Shown: positions 10,872 to 19,771, counted from the whole stretch's first letter. The stretch is DNA of 63,974 nt, filler included, from 10 parts of 10 records of this genome joined end to end with filler, not necessarily neighbours in it, one strand, 5' to 3'. Translations and numbers: made by a program. Notes: generated by a model from the sequence alone, not told the origin.

Positions 10872-11464
10872 GCGATCAGTTCCCTCAAATTTATCTTGCT
10901 CGTCATGGCGAAACGCCGTGGACGATCACGGGGCAGCACACCGGATCGACAGACATGCCGCTGACACCCAAGGGCGAACGCAACGCTACTCAACTACAAA
11001 GTCGACTCGAAGGCATCCGTTTCAACGAAGTTTGGACCAGTCCTTTGCAGCGAGCCAAACGAACCTGTGAACTGGCAGGTTACGGCGAGCGGGCACGCGT
11101 CGTCACCGAGCTGGTCGAATGGGACTGCGGTGCATACGAAGGGCTCACGAGAAATGAAATTCACCAAAAGCATCCAGACTGGAATCTTTTTCGCGATGGT
11201 TGCCCCAACGGCGAGTCATTGACGGACGTGGCGACGCGTGTCGATCGAGTGATCCAGCGAATCCGTCAGCGAAACGACACTTGCTTGCTGTTCGCTCACA
11301 AGCACTTTTTGCAAGTCTTCGCCGCCTGCTGGGTGGGGCTTCCTCCGGAAACTGGTCAACGTCTGTTTCTCGGTACGGCGGCGTTGAGCATCGTTGGCTA
11401 TCACCACGACCAAAGTGATTCAGTCATCCGGTTGTGGAACGACCGAAGCTATCTGATTGACTAA
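10868..11464 (+). CDS. Histidine phosphatase / phosphoglycerate mutase family protein
   Basis: LARHGET, SPLQRA and GES motifs; ATGA overlap with the xfp stop. Confidence 0.92.
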   Translation: MSDQFPQIYLARHGETPWTITGQHTGSTDMPLTPKGERNATQLQSRLEGIRFNEVWTSPLQRAKRTCELAGYGERARVVTELVEWDCGAYEGLTRNEIHQKHPDWNLFRDGCPNGESLTDVATRVDRVIQRIRQRNDTCLLFAHKHFLQVFAACWVGLPPETGQRLFLGTAALSIVGYHHDQSDSVIRLWNDRSYLID

Positions 11465-11489
11465 GCAGGTACGCAGGTGTCATCGGGTA

Positions 11490-11515
11490 CGTGAGCCGTT
11501 TGGCGTTAGCCACGG
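11490..11515. repeat. REP-like imperfect palindrome at contig end
   Basis: CGTGAGCCGTTTGGCGTTAGCCACGG; resembles a dispersed planctomycete repeat as I recall it; assembly breaks 5 nt later. Confidence 0.55.
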
Positions 11516-11520
11516 TTCCC

Positions 11521-11620
11521 NNNNNNNNNNNNNNNNNNNNNNNNNNNNNNNNNNNNNNNNNNNNTTAATTAATTAANNNNNNNNNNNNNNNNNNNNNNNN
11601 NNNNNNNNNNNNNNNNNNNN
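11521..11620. other. Artificial contig linker
   Basis: N44-TTAATTAATTAA-N44, stop codons in all six frames. Confidence 0.99.
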
Positions 11621-12288
11621 CCCAGCAGCCGTTGCGCCACCTCCCCGAACCAGATCTTGTTGTTGGCGCGCCGTGACAGGAGCGGCGGCGGGCCGGCGAC
11701 GAAGACCCTGGCTCCGGTCGCCTGGTTCAGGCGGGCGGCCAGCGCCCAGATCGTGCCGGTCGTGATATGCGCATGCAAGGTCACGCTGTCCTGCCCCGCC
11801 AGCGCCGCGCAAAGCGGCGCAAAGCCCGCCGGGTCGCGCAGGCAGATCGTCGAGGCTGCTCGGCGCGGCGTGGCCGTTTCCGGATCGATATTGAGATACC
11901 GGAGCCCGGGCGCATCCAGCCAGCCGCGCTGATAGGCCTCGAAAGCCGGAGAATTCCGCCCTCCCATAACCACGATGTCTCCGTCCCGCGCCAGCCACGC
12001 CAGCCGATAGTCGAATCGCCGATTGCTGTTCCGCCCCAAGAGGGGAATCTCGGCGGTATCGCCGAACCAGACGCAGGAGCCCGCGCCAATTCCCTTGTGC
12101 ACGCCTGCTCCGAAGGGAGACACAGCGTCGATCCTGGCATCCGACAAGCGGATATCAGCGGCAAGGCCGGCGATGCGCCGCAACGCTTCAGGTGCCAGGT
12201 CCTGGATTTCCATCGGGCGGAATGACCGGAGCCGATCCCCCGATCCCGGTTCGGATGAAGGCAATCCCGGTTCATGACACTTGTCCAT
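11621..12288 (-). CDS. Pre-ATP-grasp domain protein, PGM1-like peptide ligase family (3' truncated)
   Basis: RLAWLARDGDIVV...PAFEAY and ANNKIWF...LLG match the pre-ATP-grasp region and the entry to the ATP-grasp fold; start 12288 or 12213. Confidence 0.65.
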
Positions 12289-12343
12289 TGGTTCATCCGC
12301 TCAGGGCCAGTCATCGCCAGCATGGCCCGGCCTTCTCCTGCCC

Positions 12344-12363
12344 GCCTTGATATCGCTCAAGGC
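12344..12363. promoter_or_regulatory. FNR/FixK-type box between divergent genes
   Basis: GCC-TTGAT-ATCG-CTCAA-GGC, one mismatch to TTGAT-N4-ATCAA, with extended dyad symmetry. Confidence 0.75.
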
Positions 12364-12421
12364 GCAGGCGCATGCCGTGATGCCTAATGTCCGGCAGGAA
12401 AACAGGAGCAGGAGACATCTT

Positions 12422-13267
12422 ATGTGCCGGCTGTATGCGATGAGGGCAAATGAACCCACCCGGGTCGAATGCAGTCTGGTGCATGCCCAGAATGCGCTGA
12501 TGCAGCAAAGCCAGCTTGATGCCGAGGGTCTGGTGCACGGTCACGGCTGGGGGGTTGCGGACTACCGCGACGGCATGCCGCTGATCGAAAAGCAGACCTG
12601 GGCAGCCTTTCACGGCGAGCATTTCAAGAAGACCGCCGCGCGGGTCTATGCCCGCACGGTCATAGCCCATGTCCGCCGCGCCACCGTGGGCGGCACCTCG
12701 ATCGAAAACACCCACCCCTTTCACCACGGCAAATGGCTCTTTGCGCACAACGGCACGATTCCGCATTTCCTCGCGGTTCGCGACCGGATGATGCCCGAGA
12801 TCGATCCGCTGCTGCGAAACGACATCAAGGGCACCACGGACAGCGAGCATGTGTTCTATTTCCTTCTGACCCTGCGCCTGCGGCATCCGGACGTGGGATT
12901 GCGCGAACTTGTGGCCATTGGGCTCAATCGTGTGCGCAGCTGGTGTGCCGACGTGGATCCGAACGCGAAAGTGGGCCTGAATATCGTGCTCACGGACGGG
13001 GCTGAGCTGGTCGGCTCGCGTCTGGGCCGGACCCTGTGGCATCTGCGGCGGGACCAAGTCTACACCTGTAACATCTGTGGCCGCTCGCATGTGCATCATG
13101 ATGTCGGCACCGACTACCGTGTCGTTGAAATCGCATCGGAACCGATCACCGACGATTACTGGGAAGAGTTTGATGATGCCGTTATCTATTCGGTCGACGA
13201 GGACTACTATCTTCTGGTCGAACCGCTGGCGAAATATGAAAAGGTCGTGCTGCCGTCGCAGGCCTAG
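12422..13267 (+). CDS. Class II glutamine amidotransferase (YafJ/EgtC-like Ntn hydrolase)
   Basis: N-terminal MCRL nucleophile; HGWGV, AHVRRAT, NTHPF, FAHNGTI, GTTDSE and IASEP motifs; RBS GGAG upstream. Confidence 0.92.
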   Translation: MCRLYAMRANEPTRVECSLVHAQNALMQQSQLDAEGLVHGHGWGVADYRDGMPLIEKQTWAAFHGEHFKKTAARVYARTVIAHVRRATVGGTSIENTHPFHHGKWLFAHNGTIPHFLAVRDRMMPEIDPLLRNDIKGTTDSEHVFYFLLTLRLRHPDVGLRELVAIGLNRVRSWCADVDPNAKVGLNIVLTDGAELVGSRLGRTLWHLRRDQVYTCNICGRSHVHHDVGTDYRVVEIASEPITDDYWEEFDDAVIYSVDEDYYLLVEPLAKYEKVVLPSQA

Positions 13268-13290
13268 GCTCGGCAGAGGCAGGTGACATC

Positions 13291-13509
13291 ATGACAATCC
13301 TTCAATCCCGGATCACCTGCCCCCTTTGCGGACACAAGGAGGTCGAGACGATGCCGACCGATGCCTGCCAGTGGTTCTATGAATGCAAGGGCTGCGGCGC
13401 GCTGCTCAAACCAAAACCCGGTGATTGCTGTGTCTACTGCTCCTACGGAAGCGTGGCCTGCCCGCCGATCCAGCGGGGAGACAGCTGCTGCGGATCTGGC
13501 ACTTCCTGA
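13291..13509 (+). CDS. GDCCVxC domain-containing Cys-rich small protein
   Basis: TCPLCGH...MPTDACQWFYECKGCG..LKPKPGDCCVYCSYG..CPPIQ. Confidence 0.93.
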   Translation: MTILQSRITCPLCGHKEVETMPTDACQWFYECKGCGALLKPKPGDCCVYCSYGSVACPPIQRGDSCCGSGTS

Positions 13510-13606
13510 CGTTCGCAGCCGCCGCGCCGCCTCCCGGAAAAATGCGATAGCCGCCACGCGGAAGCCTGTACTTTACCCGAATCGAAGTTGCGTCTAGGCG
13601 TCTTGC

Positions 13607-14797
13607 GTGACCTCTCTCATCCGATCACCGCTGTTTCTGGTTCTTGCCTTGTGGGCCGCTGGCCTCGGGGCGGCGGCGCAATTCGCCAAGATCGTCGTGA
13701 TCTTCCCTGAACTGCAGGCCCATTACGGCGAGACCGGCGCCGCCTCGGGATATCTGGTCTCGCTGATCTCGGTCATCGGCATGCTGCTCGGACTGGTGGC
13801 CGGCGTCATCGCCATCCAGCTGGGCGTCCGCCGCTTGCTGCTCTTGGGGCTTTATCTCGGAGCCGCCGTTTCCGCCTGGCAGACCATGCTTCCCGGTTTC
13901 GAGTGGATGCTGGCAAGCCGGCTCATCGAGGGCGCATCGCATCTGGCGATCGTCGTCTCCGCCCCAACCCTGATCGCGCAATTGAGCGCTCAGCGTCACC
14001 AGGGCAAGGCCCTCACCCTGTGGGGCACCTATTTCGGCGTCGCCTTCGCCGGCATCGCCTTGACCGCGCCCCACATAATCCGGGTTGCCGGACTGGGAGG
14101 ATTGCCGGCTATCCATGCAGCCTACATGGCATCTTTTGCCGTTCTTCTGACAATTGTCCTGCCGAAAGAAGATCGCAACGGCGCCCCGCCATGGCCGTCG
14201 CTCGGAAACATCCTGCATCGGCACCTGACGGCCTACGCCTCGCCCTTTATCGCCGCCCCCGCGCTCGGCTGGCTGTTCTACACGCTGACTTTCGTTTCGA
14301 TGCTCGCCATCCTGCCGACCATGGTGGATCCGTCGCAGCGCGCCTTCGCCGCCGCCGCCATGCCGCTGTCCAGCATCGTCTCGTCCATGACAATCGGCAA
14401 TATCTTGTTGAGGTACATGACTGCGGTCAGCGTCATTGTCATCGGCTTCGCGACAGCCATCGTCCTGGTGCTGGTGTTCCTGCTCACCGGCCCCGGGACC
14501 TGGCTCTTCATCGCGCTGTTTGCCTGCCTGGGTCTGGTGCAGGGCGCGAGCTTCGCCGCAGTCCCTGAACTCAACATCTCGCTCGAAGGCCGCGCGCTGG
14601 CCAATGGCGGCATCGCCCAGACCGGCAATATCGGCAACGCGCTCGGCACGCCGGCAATGCTGGCCGTCGTCGCAACCGGAGCCGACACAGGACTGCCGGC
14701 CCTGCTGATCGGCTGCTACGCCTCGGCGATCATCGTCCATCTGGCATTGGCCCGCGGCCGGGCCAATGCGGAGCGGTGCTCGGCTCCGAAGAGCTGA
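13607..14797 (+). CDS. MFS transporter
   Basis: 396 aa with ~12 hydrophobic segments; SRLIEG motif; GTG start. Confidence 0.88.
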   Translation: MTSLIRSPLFLVLALWAAGLGAAAQFAKIVVIFPELQAHYGETGAASGYLVSLISVIGMLLGLVAGVIAIQLGVRRLLLLGLYLGAAVSAWQTMLPGFEWMLASRLIEGASHLAIVVSAPTLIAQLSAQRHQGKALTLWGTYFGVAFAGIALTAPHIIRVAGLGGLPAIHAAYMASFAVLLTIVLPKEDRNGAPPWPSLGNILHRHLTAYASPFIAAPALGWLFYTLTFVSMLAILPTMVDPSQRAFAAAAMPLSSIVSSMTIGNILLRYMTAVSVIVIGFATAIVLVLVFLLTGPGTWLFIALFACLGLVQGASFAAVPELNISLEGRALANGGIAQTGNIGNALGTPAMLAVVATGADTGLPALLIGCYASAIIVHLALARGRANAERCSAPKS

Positions 14798-14801
14798 GAA
14801 C

Positions 14802-15167
14802 TCATTCCGGCCAGATGTATTTGCCGCGCGCCCAGCCAAGCTCGGCGTCGTCGGTCATCACCTGGCACCAGACATTGGCCTTCTTCATCTGGGCATATTT
14901 CCACTCGATGCTACCGTAGCCATCAATCCGGAACGAGATATTGGTGACAATGTTCTTGCAGCGCCCGGTCAGGCTGATGGGCCGATTGAGCTCGTAGGCA
15001 TCGATGATCTGCGATTGCGCCGACGGCCATTTGCGGATGTTGAGAGCATCGTCCGGCGCGATTGCCGTGATCGTGCCTGCGGTAAACGCCGACGAAAGGG
15101 CCGGAGCGGCTGTCGCCCCAATGGCCGCGGCCGCAAGTGCCAGAATGATGCGGATGGATGATTTCAT
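14802..15167 (-). CDS. Secreted SH3-like domain protein
   Basis: Signal peptide followed by DDALNIRKWPS...WCQV...GWARGKYI. Confidence 0.75.
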   Translation of the reverse strand: MKSSIRIILALAAAAIGATAAPALSSAFTAGTITAIAPDDALNIRKWPSAQSQIIDAYELNRPISLTGRCKNIVTNISFRIDGYGSIEWKYAQMKKANVWCQVMTDDAELGWARGKYIWPE

Positions 15168-15252
15168 GGTCCTGTCTCCCCTTCAGCGCCGGGTTGGGTG
15201 CGCTGCTGTCTGCAACATAGAAAACCGCACCCAACTCCACCCTGAACACCCC

Positions 15253-15269
15253 GTTCAGCCGGCATTCAT
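15253..15269. promoter_or_regulatory. Direct-repeat box of OmpR/PhoP type
   Basis: GTTCAG-N5-ATTCAT (11-nt period) upstream of the SH3-like gene. Confidence 0.4.
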
Positions 15270-15288
15270 GACTGCAAGCCCGCCAGTC

Positions 15289-15672
15289 TCACACTGCTGA
15301 CGCATCGAACGATCCGGTCTGGTTGAACCGTTCGAAGCCCGCACGGAAATGATCGCTCAGCGCGCAGATCTGTGGCGACGGATCTGCCGCCACCTTGAGC
15401 AGCAACTGGTACTCGCCGGGCGCCGGAAGCCCGCAATTCTCGTCGAGGATCTGGATATCCGGCCCGACAAAGCTCCGCCCCATCGGTGCGATCGCCAGAT
15501 CGGCCAGGATCGCCGCGCGTTGCCCGGCCATGTGAGAGGTCATGAACGCCACCCGGTAGGCCCGCCCGACCCTGTCGAGCGCCGACAGCGCGCTTTCGCG
15601 CCACACGCAGCCCTCGTCCCACATCGACACCGGCAGCGGGTCCATCAGGCAGGCCTGGCCGCCCTTGGCGCC
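15289..15672 (-). CDS. LysR-family regulator, substrate-binding C-terminus (5' truncated)
   Basis: PLPVSMWDEGCVWRESALSALDRVGRAYRVAF...AAILADLAIAP...GLPAP. Confidence 0.85.
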   Translation of the reverse strand, partial: GAKGGQACLMDPLPVSMWDEGCVWRESALSALDRVGRAYRVAFMTSHMAGQRAAILADLAIAPMGRSFVGPDIQILDENCGLPAPGEYQLLLKVAADPSPQICALSDHFRAGFERFNQTGSFDASAV

Positions 15673-15772
15673 NNNNNNNNNNNNNNNNNNNNNNNNNNNN
15701 NNNNNNNNNNNNNNNNTTAATTAATTAANNNNNNNNNNNNNNNNNNNNNNNNNNNNNNNNNNNNNNNNNNNN
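15673..15772. other. Artificial contig linker
   Basis: N44-TTAATTAATTAA-N44. Confidence 0.99.
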
Positions 15773-15939
15773 GCGTTGAACAGCACGAAACGTTTCCCGT
15801 CCGCCGACACGGCGATGGACGACTGGGTCTGTGCGGTCAGCGCAGGATCGCCGTCCCAGAACGCCCGGCAGTTGACGCAGTTGCAGTTCCATTGCGGGAA
15901 ACCGCCGCCCGCGGCGGCCCCGAGAACCAGCACCTCCAT
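15773..15939 (-). CDS. pqqB: PQQ biosynthesis protein B (3' truncated)
   Basis: [20 protein letters not shown]...[11 protein letters not shown] is the PqqB N-terminal signature. Confidence 0.93.
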
Positions 15940-16003
15940 GTGAACTTCCCCCAATCCGGATCAAATCAGAGCAGACCATAACCTGTTCTGGTGTCGAGAT
16001 GCA

Positions 16004-16408
16004 TCAGCCCGGCATCGCAATCACCTTGACGGTGGCCGACGCCGTGGCAACGGGGCCGTCACCGCCGTCTGTCAGCTCTGCCTCCACGAACTTCGTGCTG
16101 GCGCCGCCGCCGATGACCCGTGCGGTCACCCGGGCATCACCGGCGCGGGCTGCGCGCACGAAATTGACGTTCATCGTGATGGTCACACCATACATGCCGA
16201 CGCCCCTGTCGCGGCTTGATGCACCGCCACCGGCGATGCCGCAGTCCAGAAAGGCGGCAACGACGCCGCCATGCACCGACCCGGCGGCGTTCAGATGATA
16301 GTCGGTGAAAGTCGTCTCGATGACATAGAATCCGTCACCGCGTTCGACGACCGAAACCGGCATGTGGTCACTGAACAGTGGCGCGCCCTTGATCTCATTC
16401 TGTCGCAT
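16004..16408 (-). CDS. PaaI-family hotdog thioesterase
   Basis: HLNAAGSVHGGVVAAFLD and VTITMNVNFVR motifs. Confidence 0.9.
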   Translation of the reverse strand: MRQNEIKGAPLFSDHMPVSVVERGDGFYVIETTFTDYHLNAAGSVHGGVVAAFLDCGIAGGGASSRDRGVGMYGVTITMNVNFVRAARAGDARVTARVIGGGASTKFVEAELTDGGDGPVATASATVKVIAMPG

Positions 16409-16562
16409 GTATGGTCCCTGAATCTGATTGTTGCGGACACCATACGGCGGGGGGGCGGTGGCGATAAGGGGTGCGACTGCATGGGCGGGTCAGGCGATAC
16501 GGGGTTCACCTGTGGGGCTGCAGGCCCTATTTCTGGGCAACAGACCGCGCAGGAGATGCCCC

Positions 16563-17210
16563 ATGAAAGTCGCCATTGTTCCCGTTACCCCGTTTCGCCA
16601 GAACGCCTGTGTGGTCTGGGATCCGGACACGATGATCGGCGCGCTGACCGATCCCGGCGGCGACAAGGACCGGCTGTTGTCGGTGGCGAAGGAACAGGGC
16701 GTGACGCTGGAAAAGATACTCGTCACCCATGGCCATATCGATCATGCGGGCGCGGTGGCTGACATCGCCGATCAGCTTGGCCTGCCGATCGAGGGACCGC
16801 AGAAGGAAGAGACCTTCTGGATCGACAAGCTGGAGGAACAGGGATCGCGTTTCGGCTTCGAAGGCGCGCGGGGCTTCACCCCCACCCGCTGGCTGGAAGA
16901 CGGGGATCAGGTGACGCTGGGCAGCATGACCCTGGATGTCCGCCATTGCCCGGGTCACACGCCCGGACACGTGATCTTCTTCCACGCGGCGTCAAAGGTG
17001 GCGATTGTGGGCGATGTGCTGTTTCGCGGCTCCGTCGGGCGCACGGATTTCCCGCGTGGCGACCACAGGCAGCTCATCACCTCGATCCGCGAAAAGCTCT
17101 GGCCGCTGGGTGATGATGTGACCTTCGTGCCCGGCCACGGGGATACATCCACGTTCGGGAACGAGCGGATGTCGAACCCCTATTGCTCGGACTTCGTGGA
17201 GATCGACTAG
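16563..17210 (+). CDS. MBL-fold hydrolase (YcbL/GloC glyoxalase II-like)
   Basis: PVTPFRQN, THGHIDHAG, HCPGHTPGH, GDVLF.GSVGRTDFP and PGHG motifs; RBS AGGAG. Confidence 0.92.
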   Translation: MKVAIVPVTPFRQNACVVWDPDTMIGALTDPGGDKDRLLSVAKEQGVTLEKILVTHGHIDHAGAVADIADQLGLPIEGPQKEETFWIDKLEEQGSRFGFEGARGFTPTRWLEDGDQVTLGSMTLDVRHCPGHTPGHVIFFHAASKVAIVGDVLFRGSVGRTDFPRGDHRQLITSIREKLWPLGDDVTFVPGHGDTSTFGNERMSNPYCSDFVEID

Positions 17211-17296
17211 GCCGGTCCACTGTCTGATGGCCGGTGATCCGGTTCAGCCACAGCAAAAAGGCCGCAGCTTCCGCCACGGCCCCGTCCGACCAGGTC

Positions 17297-17315
17297 AGAC
17301 CCGATTGACGGGTCT
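17297..17315. terminator. Short hairpin after rpmG, between convergent genes
   Basis: AGACCCG-ATTGA-CGGGTCT. Confidence 0.35.
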
Positions 17316-17482
17316 TACTTGATCTTGGCTTCCTTGAACTCGACGTGCTTGCGCGCAACCGGATCGTACTTTTTCAGCACCATCTTTTCGGTCAGCGTAC
17401 GCGGGTTCTTTTTCGTGACGTAGTAAAAGCCCGTGCCAGCCGTGCTGACGAGCTTGATCTTGACGACGGTTGGCTTGGCCAT
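17315..17482 (-). CDS. rpmG: 50S ribosomal protein L33
   Basis: Translated by hand (absent from the ORF track): [55 protein letters not shown]. Confidence 0.98.
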   Translation of the reverse strand: MAKPTVVKIKLVSTAGTGFYYVTKKNPRTLTEKMVLKKYDPVARKHVEFKEAKIK

Positions 17483-17592
17483 GTGTCACTTCCTGCTTTG
17501 AAGCGTTGAATTCAGGTCGCGGAAAATAGCCGTGGTGCCCGTTTTGTCAAGCGCCACGGCATGTCGGTCGTGCCGATGACCGGTCAGACCGT

Positions 17593-19389
17593 TCAATTGT
17601 TGCCGGAAAGCACGACACCCTCGCGGCGTGGATCGGCTCCGCCACGCGTCTTGCCACCGACCCGTTCGATGCCGTGCAGCCCGCTGTTCAGCACCTGCAC
17701 CTTTACCTCATGCCCCATGGTTTCCAGCGCATTGGCCTGTTCTGCGATGGTGGTTCCGGATTCCAGATCAGTGCTGCCGTTGCGATTGACGTGGTGCGGC
17801 AGATCGATGGCGGACTGCACGTCCAGGCCCCAGTCCAGCACCGCGACAATGGTCTTTGCGACATAGCCGATGATGCGGCTGCCACCGGGGGATCCGATGG
17901 CGAGGCGCAGGCTGTTGTCGGCATTCAGCACGATGGTGGGGGACATGGAACTGCGCGGTCGCTTGCCCGGTTCCACCCGGTTCGCCACCGGGCGGCCATC
18001 ATCGTCCGTGGGCCGGAACGAAAAATCGGTCAGTTGATTGTTCAGCATGAAACCACCGACCATCAGCCGTGAGCCGAAGGCGTTTTCCACCGATGAGGTC
18101 ATGGAAATCACGTCGCCCGCCGCGTCCATCACGACGAAATGGGTGGTGGATGGCTGGCTCAGGTCCGCGCCGGACTGAAAGTTCCAGGCGTGATCCAGCG
18201 GATCACCCGCCGCCACGGGACCGGCGCTTCGATCCGGATCGATGGTTGCCGCGCGGCGTTGCAGATAGGCCGGGCGGACCAGAGCGTCGACCGGCACGTT
18301 CACGAAGTCACTGTCAGCCAGATAGAGGCCCCGGTCGGCATAGGCGCGACGTTCCGCCTCCGAAATCAGGTGAATGGCGCGGGGGGAACCGGCCGCCGCC
18401 GCCGCGATGGGCAGGTGATACAGCTGCCCCAGGATCTGCGCGATGGTCACGCCGCCCGATGTTGGCGGTGGCATGCCGCAGACCTGATATTGCCGGTACG
18501 GGGTACAGATCGGATCGCGTCGCCTGGCACTGTAGTTAGCCAGATCGCCCTGGGTGATGACGCCGGGGTTGGTTGCATGGCCCTGTACGGCACCCACGAT
18601 CGCCTCTGCAATCGGGCCACGGTACATGGCCGTGGCACCATTCCAGGCAATGTCGGCGAGGGATCGGGCGAGGGCGCTGTTGCGCAGGGTGTAGCCCACC
18701 GGCAGTGGCTCCCCGTCGCGATAGAAGAACCGGCCGGCAACGTCAGCGGCCTTCAGAAACCGGTCCCGCCCCAGCAGGAAATGCAGCCGTGGCGTGATGG
18801 CGAAACCGTTTGTCGCGCTCTTGATCGCCGGTTCGAACAGGGCGCTCCATTTCAGGATGCCATGGTCCTGATGCGCCAGTTCCAGCATCCGCACCACGCC
18901 CGGCACGCCGACCGCGCGGCCCCCAACGACCGCATCGAAGAATTTCAGTGGCGCCCCGTCGGCATTCAGGAACAGGGATTCGGTGACGGCCTTTGGCGCG
19001 GTTTCACGCCCGTCATAGGCTGTCACCTTGCCCGTTGCGGCATCGAGATGCAGCATGAACGCACCGCCGCCGATCCCCGATGACTGTGGCTCCACCAGGG
19101 TCAGCATGGCCTGGATGGCGATGGCGGCATCCACCGCGGACCCGCCCTGTGCCAGCATCTGCATCCCGGCCTGCGCCGCCAGCGGATGTGCGGCGGCAAC
19201 CATCGGCGTCTGCGGTTCTGCCTGCGCCCGGCCTGCCGGGATCAGCGACAGGGCCAGCAGGGCCGCCGCCAGGGTCTTCACGATGCCTGACCGCGCCCTT
19301 CGTGGCCGCGAACCCCGGGGCCAAGCTATTTGGCGCCACCTGCACTGCGTGGTGCCGGTCTTGCCAGTCATGCCCGAAACGGTTCTCAT
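17593..19389 (-). CDS. ggt: Gamma-glutamyltransferase
   Basis: GGSAVDAAIA, EPQSSGIGGG, DGRETAP, STTHF, LNNQLTDF, PGKRPRSSMSP, GSPGGSRI and ADPRREG motifs; start codon uncertain. Confidence 0.95.
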   Translation of the reverse strand: MRTVSGMTGKTGTTQCRWRQIAWPRGSRPRRARSGIVKTLAAALLALSLIPAGRAQAEPQTPMVAAAHPLAAQAGMQMLAQGGSAVDAAIAIQAMLTLVEPQSSGIGGGAFMLHLDAATGKVTAYDGRETAPKAVTESLFLNADGAPLKFFDAVVGGRAVGVPGVVRMLELAHQDHGILKWSALFEPAIKSATNGFAITPRLHFLLGRDRFLKAADVAGRFFYRDGEPLPVGYTLRNSALARSLADIAWNGATAMYRGPIAEAIVGAVQGHATNPGVITQGDLANYSARRRDPICTPYRQYQVCGMPPPTSGGVTIAQILGQLYHLPIAAAAAGSPRAIHLISEAERRAYADRGLYLADSDFVNVPVDALVRPAYLQRRAATIDPDRSAGPVAAGDPLDHAWNFQSGADLSQPSTTHFVVMDAAGDVISMTSSVENAFGSRLMVGGFMLNNQLTDFSFRPTDDDGRPVANRVEPGKRPRSSMSPTIVLNADNSLRLAIGSPGGSRIIGYVAKTIVAVLDWGLDVQSAIDLPHHVNRNGSTDLESGTTIAEQANALETMGHEVKVQVLNSGLHGIERVGGKTRGGADPRREGVVLSGNN

Positions 19390-19427
19390 CGCATCGTCTC
19401 CCATTGCCTGCCGCAGGAACATCTTTC

Positions 19428-19771
19428 ATGCCCCAAACCGGCCCGCGCAATCTGATCACGGATGTTCCCGGTCTGAAAGTCGGGAATGCAGCCGATTCAC
19501 GCGCCATCACCGGCGTCACCGTGATCCTGCCTGATGTTGCCTGCACCGCCGCCGCCGATGTGCGTGGCGGTGGCCCCGGCACGCGGGAAATCCATGTGAT
19601 GGACCCGGAAAATCTGGTGGACCGGATTGATGCGATCGTGCTGTCCGGCGGTTCGGCCTTCGGGCTGGACGCGGCGGGGGCGGTGATGAACCGGCTGGCG
19701 CATCGGGGCCGCGGCTTTGCCGTTGGAAACCATGTTGTCCCCATCGTGCCGGCGGCCATCCTGTTCGACCT
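19428..19771 (+). CDS. DmpA-like P1-family peptidase (3' truncated)
   Basis: GPRNLITDVPGLKVG, TGVTV, DVRGGGPGTRE, LSGGSAFGL and VPIVPAAILFD motifs. Confidence 0.9.

Noticed and set aside
13507-13560. Selenocysteine read-through of the GDCCVxC TGA
   Set aside because: All motif positions are already Cys codons, the TGA falls after the complete domain, and no convincing SECIS hairpin follows
17315-17482. Cys-free L33 as a zinc-starvation paralog
   Set aside because: Cys-free L33 is the normal form in alphaproteobacteria
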